The translations under genes and the position numbers were made by a program. Positions 29,126 to 39,186 of a stretch of 64,000 nt of DNA are shown here, in pieces (position 1 is the first letter of the stretch; every line of letters begins with the position of its first letter). Below the pieces are notes generated by a model. It was not told the DNA's origin and ran no database searches. It was given only the letters and a program-made list of their open reading frames with translations. The stretch spans positions 1,408,001-1,472,000 of the forward strand of contig OZ219787.1 in NCBI GenBank assembly GCA_964291285.2, read 5' to 3'. This stretch comes from Alphaproteobacteria bacterium. Lineage in GTDB: Bacteria > Pseudomonadota > Alphaproteobacteria > Bin95.

Positions 29126-31852
29126 ATGCGCACCAGCGGCGAGAGACAACGCAAGACGAAGGCGGCGACCAGTCCGACAATTGCAGGATCCGAGCCATTG
29201 GAAGCCGCCCGGCTGCTGCCGAACGGCGCGCGCTTCTACCGCTGCGCCCTGCAGGTCAATCCGTTCGCCTATCTCGAGCGCCACGGCAAATCGACCAACT
29301 TCCGTTCGGAGGCGGACTACAATGCGGCGATCGTCCGGGCTTGTTGCAAGGCCGGTATCGAAGTCGTGGCGGTCACCGACCACTACCGCGTCGAGACGTC
29401 CCGGGCGCTCTTGCGGGCCTGCCGCGAGGCCGGCCTTTTCGCGTTCACCGGCTTCGAGGCGGTTACGAAGGACGGCGTCCATTTCCTTTGCATTTTCGAC
29501 CCGGAGCAGGAAGCAAGGCTGGAAAGAGTGATCGGGGACTGCGGCGTCCACGATTCGAGCGCAGCTTCTCCCGTGGGAAGCCTCGACTCTCTTGAATTAC
29601 TGGCGAAGGCGCGTGAGTGGGGCGCGGTCGCCATCGCCGCGCATGTGGCTTCCAATGGCGGATTGCTGAAAACCCTCAGCGGGCAGCCCCGGATCAATGC
29701 CTGGACCTCGCCGGATCTGCTTGCCTGCGCGCTGCCGGGAGCGACCGTGAAGGCGCCGGATGGGATCCGACGAATCCTTGAGAACAAGGATCCCCAGCAC
29801 CGGCGCACCCGCGCGGTAGCGGTTGTCAACGCCTCGGATGTCAACGACCCGGCGGATCTGGAGAAAGACAGCGCATCCTGCTTCATCAAGATGTCGAAAG
29901 TCTCGGTCGAGGCATTCCGCCAGGCGTTCCTCGATTCGTGGTCGCGAATCCGGTTGCACAGCGACCCACCGTCTGAACCCCATGCCGAACTGGTCGCCGC
30001 AGCGTGGGAAGGCGGGTTTCTGGACGGCGTGTCCGTTCGCTTCAACGGCAATCTCAACACGTTGATCGGCGGCCGCGGCACCGGCAAGTCCACGGTGATC
30101 GAGAGCATACGCTACGCGCTCGGCCTCGACCCCCTGGGGGACGAGGCGCGCAAGATGCATGAAGAGACGGTCAGGCATGTCCTGAAACCGGGAACGAAGG
30201 TCTCGCTTCTGGTCCGCTCGCATCACCCGTCCGAAGCGCATTATGCAATCGAGCGCACCGTGCCCAATCCGCCGGTCGTCAGGGACGATGCGGGCAACCT
30301 GCTGGCCATGGCGCCGAGAGAGCTGATGCCGGGCGCGCAGGTGTTCGGCCAGCACGAAATCTCCGAACTGACAGGGAGCCCGGAAAGACTGACAAGCTTT
30401 ATCGAGCGCCGTGCGGGACGCGATGCATCGCTCTCGGCCCACAAGGCGGAAATGAGGTTGGTGCTCGAGAAATCGCGCCTGCGTATCGTGGAAACCTGGC
30501 GGGAAATCGAGGAATTGATGGCCCGGCTTGACGCCCTGCCCGGCCTGGAAGAGACACAGAAGCGCTTTCGCGAAGCGGGGCTGGAAGAGCGGTTCAGGGA
30601 GCGAAGCCTCCTCGTCAGGGAGGAGCGGCTGTTCTCGATTCTGGACGAACGGCTCGAACCCTTTCGGGCGTTGCTCAGGGCGTTGGGGGAGGATCTTCCC
30701 ATCGACGCCGCATTCGTTTCCGCCAGGGCGCTGGCCTCTCTGCCGAACGCGGATATCTTGCGCGAGACGGGCGATGTCCTGCAAACCCTGGGCGCACGGC
30801 TCGACGAGGCCCGCGCCGGGTTCGCCGCTGCCCTGACCGAGGCCGATGCGGCGATTACAGATATCCGGGAACGCTGGGACGAGCGGCGCGGCGCTATCGA
30901 AAGCGCGTATGAAAAACTGCTGCGCGATCACCAGAAATCCGGCATCGACGGCGCGGAATTCATCGAGCTGCGCAAGCAGCTCGAATATCTGCGCCCGCTG
31001 AAGGACCGGCTGGAACATCTCCGCAAGGATATGGAGATGCACGAAGCGCACCGCCGCGATCTGGTTTCGGAATGGGAGGATATCAAGGCACGGGAATATC
31101 GTGCGCTGGCGAAGGCGGCGAAGGAGATAAACGGCAAGCTCCGCCAGCAGGTCAAGGTCGAAGTCAGAATGGCGGGCGACCGCGAACCTCTGGAAAATCT
31201 GCTTCGGACGGTCGTCGGGGGAAACCTTGCGGCCGCGCTTGAGCGCCTGCACAAGTCCGACCCGTTATCGCTGCCCGGGCTTTCGCAATGCTGCCGGGAA
31301 GGCAAGGACTCCCTGATCTCGACTTACGACCTCCCGCCGGGCGCTGCGGAACGGATCGCCGACGCCGGCCGGGACCTGCACATGAAAATCGAGGAGCTCG
31401 AACTACCCGCGACAACCCATATCGAATTGAACACGGCTCCCAAGGGCGAACCGGAGGCATGGCGCCCGCTGGAAGCGCTCTCCAAGGGGCAGAAGGCGAC
31501 GGCGGTCCTGCTGCTTCTGCTGCTCGACGCCGAGGCGCCTCTGGTGATCGACCAGCCTGAAGACGATCTCGACAACAGGTTCATCACCGAGAGGATCGTT
31601 CCGATCGTGCGGCGCGAGAAGCGGCGGCGGCAGTTCGTTTTCTCGACGCATAACGCCAACATTCCCGTCCTCGGCGACGCCGAACTGATCCTCGGCCTCG
31701 CCGCGTCCGGCGAGGCCGGCGGCGGTCAAGCGAATATCGCGCCCGAGCATATGGGATCCATCGACTCGGAAGCTGTCCGTGAACTGGTCGAGGAGACGCT
31801 GGAAGGCGGCAGGAACGCCTTCGAGATGCGCCGCTCGAAATACGGGTTCTGA
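29126..31852 (+). CDS. PHP domain + ABC/SMC-like ATPase (Ppl/TrlF-like)
   Basis: AVTDHY, GFE, GVHFLCIF, IAAHV; GGRGTGKST, coiled coil, LSKGQK, IDQPEDDLD, STHNAN. Confidence 0.85.
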   Translation: MRTSGERQRKTKAATSPTIAGSEPLEAARLLPNGARFYRCALQVNPFAYLERHGKSTNFRSEADYNAAIVRACCKAGIEVVAVTDHYRVETSRALLRACREAGLFAFTGFEAVTKDGVHFLCIFDPEQEARLERVIGDCGVHDSSAASPVGSLDSLELLAKAREWGAVAIAAHVASNGGLLKTLSGQPRINAWTSPDLLACALPGATVKAPDGIRRILENKDPQHRRTRAVAVVNASDVNDPADLEKDSASCFIKMSKVSVEAFRQAFLDSWSRIRLHSDPPSEPHAELVAAAWEGGFLDGVSVRFNGNLNTLIGGRGTGKSTVIESIRYALGLDPLGDEARKMHEETVRHVLKPGTKVSLLVRSHHPSEAHYAIERTVPNPPVVRDDAGNLLAMAPRELMPGAQVFGQHEISELTGSPERLTSFIERRAGRDASLSAHKAEMRLVLEKSRLRIVETWREIEELMARLDALPGLEETQKRFREAGLEERFRERSLLVREERLFSILDERLEPFRALLRALGEDLPIDAAFVSARALASLPNADILRETGDVLQTLGARLDEARAGFAAALTEADAAITDIRERWDERRGAIESAYEKLLRDHQKSGIDGAEFIELRKQLEYLRPLKDRLEHLRKDMEMHEAHRRDLVSEWEDIKAREYRALAKAAKEINGKLRQQVKVEVRMAGDREPLENLLRTVVGGNLAAALERLHKSDPLSLPGLSQCCREGKDSLISTYDLPPGAAERIADAGRDLHMKIEELELPATTHIELNTAPKGEPEAWRPLEALSKGQKATAVLLLLLLDAEAPLVIDQPEDDLDNRFITERIVPIVRREKRRRQFVFSTHNANIPVLGDAELILGLAASGEAGGGQANIAPEHMGSIDSEAVRELVEETLEGGRNAFEMRRSKYGF

Positions 31853-31854
31853 GC

Positions 31855-33063
31855 ATGACGACACGGACAGAGCTTCTGGAGATCATTGCGAACGGCGAGA
31901 ATTCCGGCGTCGAGTTCAAGCGCGACGATGTACGAAACCACGATCTCGCCAGGGAACTGGTCGCATTCTCCAACCTCGAAGGCGGCATGGTCCTGCTCGG
32001 TGTGGACGATGACGGGTCCGTCGTCGGGCTGACGCGGGACCGTCTGGAGGAATGGGTGATGACTGCGTGCCGGGACAAGATCAGGCCGGGCATTATCCCG
32101 TTCTTCGAGACAGTCAGGGAGGTGCGCCCCGGCGCTGACGTGGCGATCGTGCGGGCGCCACGCGGTGTCGATGTGCACAGCCAGTGGCACAACAACAGAA
32201 ACGCCTATTTCATCCGGGTCGGTACGCAGAGCCGGGAGCCGACGCCCCAGGAATTGAGCCGGCTCTTCCAGCAGCGAGGCGCCTTCCGCGTCGACCTGCG
32301 GCCGGTGCACGGGGCGGCTGTCGGCGATCTGGACCGTCGTCGGCTCGAAGAGTATTTCAGGTCGATCCGTCAACAGGATGTCCCCGCTGACGACGACGAA
32401 ACGGGTTGGCGGACCTTGCTGGTCAACACGGAGATCATGGTCGAGGGCAGCGCGAGCCTTTCAGGCCTGCTGCTCTTCGGGACCGCGCCTAATCGCTTCC
32501 TGCCGCAGGCGGGCATCGATGCAGCGGCGTTTCCCGGATTGGAAAAGGACTACGCGGCACTTGAGCGGAAAACGCTGCGCGGCCCGATGACCCCCCTCAT
32601 GGACGGCAAGGGCAATCTTCTGGAAGCCGGCCTCGTCGAGCAGGCGCTGGCGTTCGTCGGGCGCAACACGCCGGTGGGCGGCGGCCTCAAGGACGGCGCG
32701 CGCCGCGCGCAGCGCCCGGCCTATCCGGATGAAGCGGTGCGCGAAGCTGTCGTGAACGCCCTGATCCACCGGGACTATCTCCTGGCGAATACGGATATCG
32801 AACTGGCAATATATCGAAACCGGCTGGAGATCGTCTCGCCCGGGAGGCTTCCCAACGGCATAACGACCGAACGCATGCGCGCCGGGACCAGAGCCGCCCG
32901 AAACCAGCTGTTGAAGGACGTGATGCGGGACTATGGCTATCTTGAGCATATGGGGATGGGAGTGCCGAGAAAGATCGTTCGCGGCATGAAGCAGCACAAC
33001 GGAACGGAACCCGATCTCGTCGAGGACGGCGAGCGGTTCGTCGTACGCCTCTTCGCCCGATAA
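31855..33063 (+). CDS. Schlafen/AlbA_2 + HATPase_c_4 protein
   Basis: GENSGVEFK, VAFSNLEGGMVLLGVDDDG; AVREAVVNALIHRDY, EIVSPG, ARNQLL. Confidence 0.85.
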   Translation: MTTRTELLEIIANGENSGVEFKRDDVRNHDLARELVAFSNLEGGMVLLGVDDDGSVVGLTRDRLEEWVMTACRDKIRPGIIPFFETVREVRPGADVAIVRAPRGVDVHSQWHNNRNAYFIRVGTQSREPTPQELSRLFQQRGAFRVDLRPVHGAAVGDLDRRRLEEYFRSIRQQDVPADDDETGWRTLLVNTEIMVEGSASLSGLLLFGTAPNRFLPQAGIDAAAFPGLEKDYAALERKTLRGPMTPLMDGKGNLLEAGLVEQALAFVGRNTPVGGGLKDGARRAQRPAYPDEAVREAVVNALIHRDYLLANTDIELAIYRNRLEIVSPGRLPNGITTERMRAGTRAARNQLLKDVMRDYGYLEHMGMGVPRKIVRGMKQHNGTEPDLVEDGERFVVRLFAR

Positions 33064-33283
33064 TGGGCACCACGATTTCATTGATGCCTGGAGGCGGCGA
33101 TCGCGGATTCCATTCGGCTGGAGCAGGCGCAGTCCCCGCAAGCCGAGCCTGCATCGGCCGGGAAGCCCTCGGAATTGCGCGATCCGTGCACAACGATCTG
33201 ACGGCCCGCCGGGCGCGCCGCAACGGCTCCGACGCGCTCGCCCGGCGCCTCGACGCCGCCTGAACCCATCGAGCGAGGACGAC

Positions 33284-36200
33284 ATGGCGCAAAGACCACC
33301 CCGGACGCCCTGGCATGAGGTCGTGACGCTGCGCGAGGATGTGCGCACGGGCGCGCTCTCGCTGGCCGACTTTGCCGCCGACCTTCACGATGTAGCGATG
33401 CAGAAGGGCGCGCGGCCGGTCTATGAGGATCCGGGCCGGTTCTTTGCGCTGACCTATCCGACCTTCCCGTTGCGGGAACTCGCGCGCGACGTGGCGCTGC
33501 GCCTCGCCGGCAGGAACACCAAAGCGATCCGCCAGCTCGAACTTACCTATGGCGGAGGCAAGACCCATACGCTGGTGACGCTCTACCATTTGGCGCACGA
33601 TCCGCAGTCGTTGCCGACGCTCCCGGCAGTCGAGCAGTTCCGCTCCCATGTCGGTGCACCCCTGCCGGCGGCGCGTGTCGCGGCGCTCTGCTTCGACAAG
33701 CTCGATGTGGAAAAAGGCATGGAGGTGCGCGGCCCCGGCAGCGGGCTGCGCTGGCTCAAGCATCCCTGGAGCGTGCTGGCGTTTCAGCTGGCGGGCGAGG
33801 AGGGCCTGCGCGCGCTTCATCCCGACGGCGCGAACGAGGAGCGGGAAACGGCGCCTGCCGAGCCGCTGCTCGCCGAGCTGCTGTCGCGGCCGCAGGCAAG
33901 CGGGCTCGCCACCCTGGTGCTGATCGACGAAGTGCTGATGTATGCCCGCGAGAAGGCGGCGATGGAGGAGGGCTGGCATGCGCGGCTGACCGACTTCTTC
34001 CAGTATCTGTGCCAGGCGGCGGTCAGGGTGGACCGCTGCGCCCTCGTCGCCTCGCTGCTCGCCTCCGATCCCGCGAAGAGCGACGCGCTCGGCAAGCAGC
34101 TGACCCGGCAGATTTTCGACATTTTCAACCGGCAGCGCGAAGAGGGGATCCAGCCGGTGCAGAAGGAGGATGTGGCCGAAGTGCTGCGCCGGCGCTTCTT
34201 CGAGTCCGGTTCGATCGCCGATCCCGACGCCTTCCGCCCCCATGTCACGGCGGCAGTCGCCAATATCGCCGGGGTCGACGAAACGGTCGGCAAGAACAGG
34301 GCAGGCGAGGAACAGCGTTTCCTCGACAGCTACCCCTTCCATCCAGGGCTGACCGATATTTTCTATGCCAAGTGGACCCAGCTGGACGGGTTCCAGCGTA
34401 CGCGCGGCATCCTGAGGACCTTCGCCATCGCGCTGCGCGACGCCGAGAAGTGGGACAGGGCGCCGCTGGTCGGCCCCAATGTCCTTTTGCCCGCACCCGG
34501 CGAAAACGCTCTCTCCGAGGCGGCGCGCGAGCTTGCCGGCACCGCCACGCGCGAGGTCACGGAGGGCGCCGGCAATGTGTGGAGCGCCGTGCTGGAGGGC
34601 GAGCTTGCGAAGGCGCGGGCCGTGCAGGACGATCACCCGGCGCTGAAGTTCCGCGAAATGGAGCAGGCGGTGTGCGCCGTGTTCCTGAGTTCGCAGCCTA
34701 TCGGCCAGAAGGCGCACACGCCGGAGTTGATGGCGCTTGTCGGCGCGGCAGGCCCGGACCGGATCGATGTCGAGAAGGGCCTGCGCCGCTGGACCGAACT
34801 CTCCTGGTTCCTCGACGAGGCGGAGTTCGCCGACGCCGCGACGCTGCCCCGGGCGTGGCGTCTCGGCAACAGGCCCAACCTCAGGCAGATGCATGACGAC
34901 GCCTGCGCCAACCGGGTCGCGGCGGAGCAGGTGGAACAGGCGCTGCTGGAGGAGGTGCGGCGGGCGAAGAGCCTCACCCAGGGTGCGGCGGCGGCAGGCG
35001 CAAGGGTGCACATGCTGCCGGAGCGGCCGCGCGACATCGGCGACGACGGAGAGTTCCATTTCGCCGTCCTGGGGCCGGACGCGGTTTCCGATTCGGGCCG
35101 GCCGAGCGCGCAAGCGCGGCGCTTCATCGACGAGACGACGGGGCCGGACCGGCCGCGAATCCGACGCAACGCCGTGGTTCTGGCGGTACCTTCGCGCGAC
35201 GGCCTGGACGCCGCCCGGGCAAGCATCCGCGAATATCTCGGCTGGGAGGAGGTGCGCCGCCAGCTCGACGGCCAGGGCGGCGATCCGGTACGTGAAGGGA
35301 TGCTCGCCGCCTCGACGGAGAAAGCGCGCAAGCGCATCCCCGGTGCGATCCGCCAAGCCTGGGCCATGGTCGTCGCCGTCAACGAGCACAACGACATCCA
35401 GGCGTTCAAGACAACCATCGGCGCGGAACCGCTGTTTGCGGTCGTCAAGGCGGACCGGCGGGCGCGCATCCAGGAGACCGCGATCAGCGCCGAAGCGATG
35501 CTGCCCGGCGGCCCCTACGATCTCTGGCGCGCCGACGAGGTATCGCGCCGCGTGAAGGATATTGCCGGCGCCTTCGCGGAGAATCCGAAACTGCCGAAGA
35601 TGCTCCGGCGAAGGGATATCCTCGGCACGATCGACCGGGGTGTGCGCGACGGCGTCTTCGTTGCGTCGCTGGTCAGGCCCGACGGATCGGTCAGAACCTG
35701 GTGGCGGACGCCGGTCGACGAGCAGGCCCGGTCGGATCCGGCATTGGAGCTGTTCCTGCCCGACAGGGCCACGCTGTCGGAACTCGACCCGCAGGCGCTG
35801 GCACCGGATGTGCTGCCGGAACTGTGGACTGGCGCCTCCGTCGCGGTGGCGGACCTCGCCGCCTACTTCGCCGGCGGGCGGATGGTAACTGTGCAGCGAG
35901 AGGGCTATGCGGAACCGGTCGGTATTCCGGCCTGTCCCCGCGCCGCCGTCGAAGCAGCCGTCGCGGAAGCCGTCCGCCAGGGTGTGCTGTGGCTTGTGAA
36001 CGGCCCCGCAAGCTTCCAGGACGAAACGCTGCCGCCCGGCATTCTGTCGGACGCCGCCGAACTGCGCGCGCCTTTGCCGCCGCTATCGGTGAACCGGTTG
36101 ACGAAGGATTCGGCGCCAGAGGCATGGAAAGACGGACAGGCCAGCGCCTTGGCCCTTTCCGCTGCGCTCTCGGTGCAGGCCGGCGCACCGCTGCCCTGGT

Positions 36201-36601
36201 CGATCCTGCGCCGGGCGATCAACGACGCGCTCGACGGACGGTGGCTCGCCCTGGCGCCCGAAAGCGGCGCCTGGCCGTGCCCGGCCGCAGGTGCGGCAAC
36301 CGTCATGCTGCGGGAACCCGAACCCGCCGGCTTCGAGGACGGCGGCAGCGAACCCGCGTCGGTTCGCAAGGGCCTGCACATCGGCTCTGCCGATCTTGCG
36401 CCCAACGAGTTGCAGGATCTGGTTGAAGCGCTGCCGGAAGTCATCACTGCCGCCGCTGGCGTCCCCTTGCGGTTCCATCTTCGCATGACGCTGGGGGACG
36501 GTGGCGAACTACACGCCGAAACGGCGGCATCCATCAACGATATCCTGAAAAGCGCCAACCCCGGCCTGCGCTTGAGCGGAGCCGAAAAGCCGAACGGGTG
36601 A
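33284..36601 (+). CDS. DUF499 AAA+ ATPase (BrxC/PglY-related)
   Basis: PWHEVVTLREDV..FAADL, TYGGGKTH, LVLIDE, VLRRRFF, YPFHP, FQRTRGILR. Confidence 0.88.
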   Translation: MAQRPPRTPWHEVVTLREDVRTGALSLADFAADLHDVAMQKGARPVYEDPGRFFALTYPTFPLRELARDVALRLAGRNTKAIRQLELTYGGGKTHTLVTLYHLAHDPQSLPTLPAVEQFRSHVGAPLPAARVAALCFDKLDVEKGMEVRGPGSGLRWLKHPWSVLAFQLAGEEGLRALHPDGANEERETAPAEPLLAELLSRPQASGLATLVLIDEVLMYAREKAAMEEGWHARLTDFFQYLCQAAVRVDRCALVASLLASDPAKSDALGKQLTRQIFDIFNRQREEGIQPVQKEDVAEVLRRRFFESGSIADPDAFRPHVTAAVANIAGVDETVGKNRAGEEQRFLDSYPFHPGLTDIFYAKWTQLDGFQRTRGILRTFAIALRDAEKWDRAPLVGPNVLLPAPGENALSEAARELAGTATREVTEGAGNVWSAVLEGELAKARAVQDDHPALKFREMEQAVCAVFLSSQPIGQKAHTPELMALVGAAGPDRIDVEKGLRRWTELSWFLDEAEFADAATLPRAWRLGNRPNLRQMHDDACANRVAAEQVEQALLEEVRRAKSLTQGAAAAGARVHMLPERPRDIGDDGEFHFAVLGPDAVSDSGRPSAQARRFIDETTGPDRPRIRRNAVVLAVPSRDGLDAARASIREYLGWEEVRRQLDGQGGDPVREGMLAASTEKARKRIPGAIRQAWAMVVAVNEHNDIQAFKTTIGAEPLFAVVKADRRARIQETAISAEAMLPGGPYDLWRADEVSRRVKDIAGAFAENPKLPKMLRRRDILGTIDRGVRDGVFVASLVRPDGSVRTWWRTPVDEQARSDPALELFLPDRATLSELDPQALAPDVLPELWTGASVAVADLAAYFAGGRMVTVQREGYAEPVGIPACPRAAVEAAVAEAVRQGVLWLVNGPASFQDETLPPGILSDAAELRAPLPPLSVNRLTKDSAPEAWKDGQASALALSAALSVQAGAPLPWSILRRAINDALDGRWLALAPESGAWPCPAAGAATVMLREPEPAGFEDGGSEPASVRKGLHIGSADLAPNELQDLVEALPEVITAAAGVPLRFHLRMTLGDGGELHAETAASINDILKSANPGLRLSGAEKPNG

Positions 36602-36674
36602 ACCGAACGCAATGCCTGCGCGCAGCAAAGCCGGGATTCCGATACGACACCGCCTGGTCGCCTTGCGCAGCAGA

Positions 36675-36699
36675 AACGGGGCGGCCTTTCCGCCCCGTT
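36675..36699. terminator. Hairpin between convergent operons
   Basis: AACGGGGCGG-CCTTT-CCGCCCCGTT; U-tract weak. Confidence 0.4.
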
Positions 36700-36991
36700 A
36701 TCCTCCAGCGCCGACGGCGGTCCGAAACGGTTATCGTCATTCGGAATCGGCACAACCTGCCAGAGTGGTTGCGCCGCGGCTGAATGGCACGACTGTGCCG
36801 CCGTGCTTGGCGGAACCTGCCGGGCGTTTCAGGTTCGGTAGTGTGACAATGTCGGCGGCTGCCGTTGTCATGTAATACCACCGGCCACAGATAAGAACCG
36901 ATTAGCCTCTCTCGGCGGAGATTACCTCTTGCAGTAGGAGGCCTCGGCTCAGGAGGCGAGCTGCGGAGGGCGGCTCTGCTATAGGTTCCAA

Positions 36992-38098
36992 TCAACGACC
37001 GTTGGTATAACCGCGCGGCAGGCCGCACAAGGATTCTATATCCGGTCCGTGAAGCCGGAATTCGCAGATCAGGTTCTCGCGGTTGCGGACCTTTTCGTCA
37101 ATCAAGAGGCGCACCGATCGGCTCAGCAGGCGCGGCTGCTCCGGCGCCAGCGCTTCGTCATGGGGTTCGCTCTTCCTCCAGCCGCGTGCGCTGAAGGACT
37201 TCCAGAGACGCCGCTGATGTTCCTCGCTCAACATGTTGAGCTTGGCACAGCGCATGATCATTGCGCCGATCGAGACTTTCCAGCGTTCCTTGAGTGCAAC
37301 GAATTCATTGAGTGAAGGTGACCAGATCTCCGCAGCAAAACTCTCCGCAGGCATCAGGAATGCTCCACCGAAATCGAATGCCTGACGTTCGATTTCCTTG
37401 AAGTGTGCAGCGTTGTTCAGAGCCCTGGAGCCGAGATGACGGTGCAGAACCAGATGACCGAGCTCGTGCGCCGCATCCATACGCGAGCGCACGCATGAGT
37501 CCTTGTCCCGCGCGATCAGCACGTATGGACGCCCGTCCATCGCGGACCAATTCGACAGGCCATCCATCTTGACGGTCCCGGTTTCCTCTTTGAAAACCAC
37601 GATGCCGGCGTTCTCGAGAACGAGCAGAACATCGGAAATCGGTCCAATGCCGAGGTTCCAGCGGTCACGACATTCGGTCGCCATCCGCTCCACGTCTTCA
37701 TCCCGGATTTCCCGGTGGTCCGCTACGTCGAGGCATGGAACATCCACTTCGGGGAGATCCACCCAGTCTTGAAGACACAGGGCGATATCCTGGGCCCATC
37801 GCAGTCTTGACCGCATACGCTTGCGGATCGATTGCGCGGTGCTTGCCATGGACCGAAAGAACATCGGAGCGGAGCCGTGCGCAGGCAACGGTCTCATGAA
37901 GAACGCGGTCGGCAGATTGAGCGCGCCTGCAAGCGCGTCCAGTGCCTCCGGTTCGGGGGACTGACCGCCACCCTCCCAGCGCGAGATGCTGGAACTCGTC
38001 CTGTTGATCAGTTCGGCCAGTGCTACCTGTGTGAGGCCCCGGGAATCCCGGGCCTCGACCAGTCGCTCGGCCTGGAACCCCGGTGTGCCGCTGCGCAT
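36992..38098 (-). CDS. XRE-HTH + ImmA/IrrE zinc metallopeptidase (RmrA-like antitoxin)
   Basis: LTQVALAELINRTSSSISRWE; AAHELGHLVLH (HExxH); ERQAFDFGGAFLMP. Confidence 0.9.
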   Translation of the reverse strand: MRSGTPGFQAERLVEARDSRGLTQVALAELINRTSSSISRWEGGGQSPEPEALDALAGALNLPTAFFMRPLPAHGSAPMFFRSMASTAQSIRKRMRSRLRWAQDIALCLQDWVDLPEVDVPCLDVADHREIRDEDVERMATECRDRWNLGIGPISDVLLVLENAGIVVFKEETGTVKMDGLSNWSAMDGRPYVLIARDKDSCVRSRMDAAHELGHLVLHRHLGSRALNNAAHFKEIERQAFDFGGAFLMPAESFAAEIWSPSLNEFVALKERWKVSIGAMIMRCAKLNMLSEEHQRRLWKSFSARGWRKSEPHDEALAPEQPRLLSRSVRLLIDEKVRNRENLICEFRLHGPDIESLCGLPRGYTNGR

Positions 38099-38111
38099 GG
38101 TCCGTTTCCCT

Positions 38112-38794
38112 TCACTCCGTTGCCGGGGTCTGGTTCTCAGGACCGCCGCCCGATGTCTTTTTGACGCGTGGAAAGGCCCTGTCCTTTACGATGATCTCGG
38201 CTTCGGCCGGCGCACGGATCCTCGTTTCAAGATCATGATAGAGGCCCAGCAGCTTCCGGATGGGTTCCAGTATCACCCACCCGGACAGGTCGGAACGCGG
38301 AATACCGAGTCCCACAAAGGCTGGCAAGCCGGAACCGCCGGTCCTTCTGTGCGCCGTCACTACGATTATCCCGCAAAGCCGGTCTGCGGAAGGCTCGGCA
38401 TCGCTTTCAGGAGATCAAGCTGGAGTGGATCGAGCCAGGCATTGAGGGCTGCCCACTCGCTGCGGAACCTCGTCGGACGGGGCGTTCCGCAATGCGACTG
38501 AACGTTACCGCGAATCATGTACACATCGCCGTGACTGACCACGCTATAGCGTCCGCCGGCGGGTCTGGTATGACGCGCAGCCGCCTTCAGTCCCGCATCT
38601 TGCGCGGCCATCCTGAAGCCTTCCTCGCAAAGGGCGTGGCGCATCTGGCCGAGCATGTTGGCGCGTTCGGGTTCAGCGTAGTCCCGGTGCGTCAGGCGGT
38701 AAGCCTTGGCAAAGGCTGCATCCGTGTGTTCGGAGAGGCCATGGAAGAACTTGGCCGGATAGCTGCTCAGAACACGGGAGATCGGATCGGTCAT
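38112..38794 (-). pseudogene. Frameshifted putative toxin upstream of the peptidase (RosmerTA-like)
   Basis: ORF 38366-38794 continues in another frame as EPSADRLCGIIVVTAH..PAFVGLGIP; shift near 38400. Confidence 0.6.
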
Positions 38795-39186
38795 GTTGAT
38801 CTCGGCAGATTGCGTTATAAGGATAATATCAGTCAATTTTTGCGTTTACAATAGAAGATCACAGGCTGATACAGCCATCCGGCTGCACCGCCCGACTGCA
38901 GCCGCAAACTCGACCGCAGAACCAGTCGGATAGACGGGCACGAATGGTCCATGTCCCGCGCTTCTCCTGGCTGCGCGCAGAACCCCAGCGCCGGCAACGA
39001 GGTTGGCGCGAAGCTGCGGAGCTCGTCAGGCGATGTCAATGTCTTCGGAGACTCGCCCGGCCACGGATGCCGCCGCTTCATCCAGCTCGCCCTGCCGTAG
39101 AGTGCGGCCGTCGTCCAGAAGATGCGCAGCCATGTATGGTTTTCATCTAGGTAGAGGTGACCGATCACATATCAACAGGCGTCTCG

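Noticed and set aside
33063-33263. 66-aa ORF between the AlbA_2 gene and DUF499
   Set aside because: No recognisable motif; could be a remnant but unsupported, and too short for DUF3780
20218-35389. Very long antisense or alternate-frame ORFs (e.g. 20218-23523, 32687-35389; also 12233-14440, 44575-46473, 55345-57333)
   Set aside because: Shadow ORFs of real high-GC genes; no motifs, low-complexity Arg/Ala/Gly translations
20347-36601. Canonical BREX or DISARM
   Set aside because: No PglZ, BrxA/B/L, DUF1998 or PLD genes recognised
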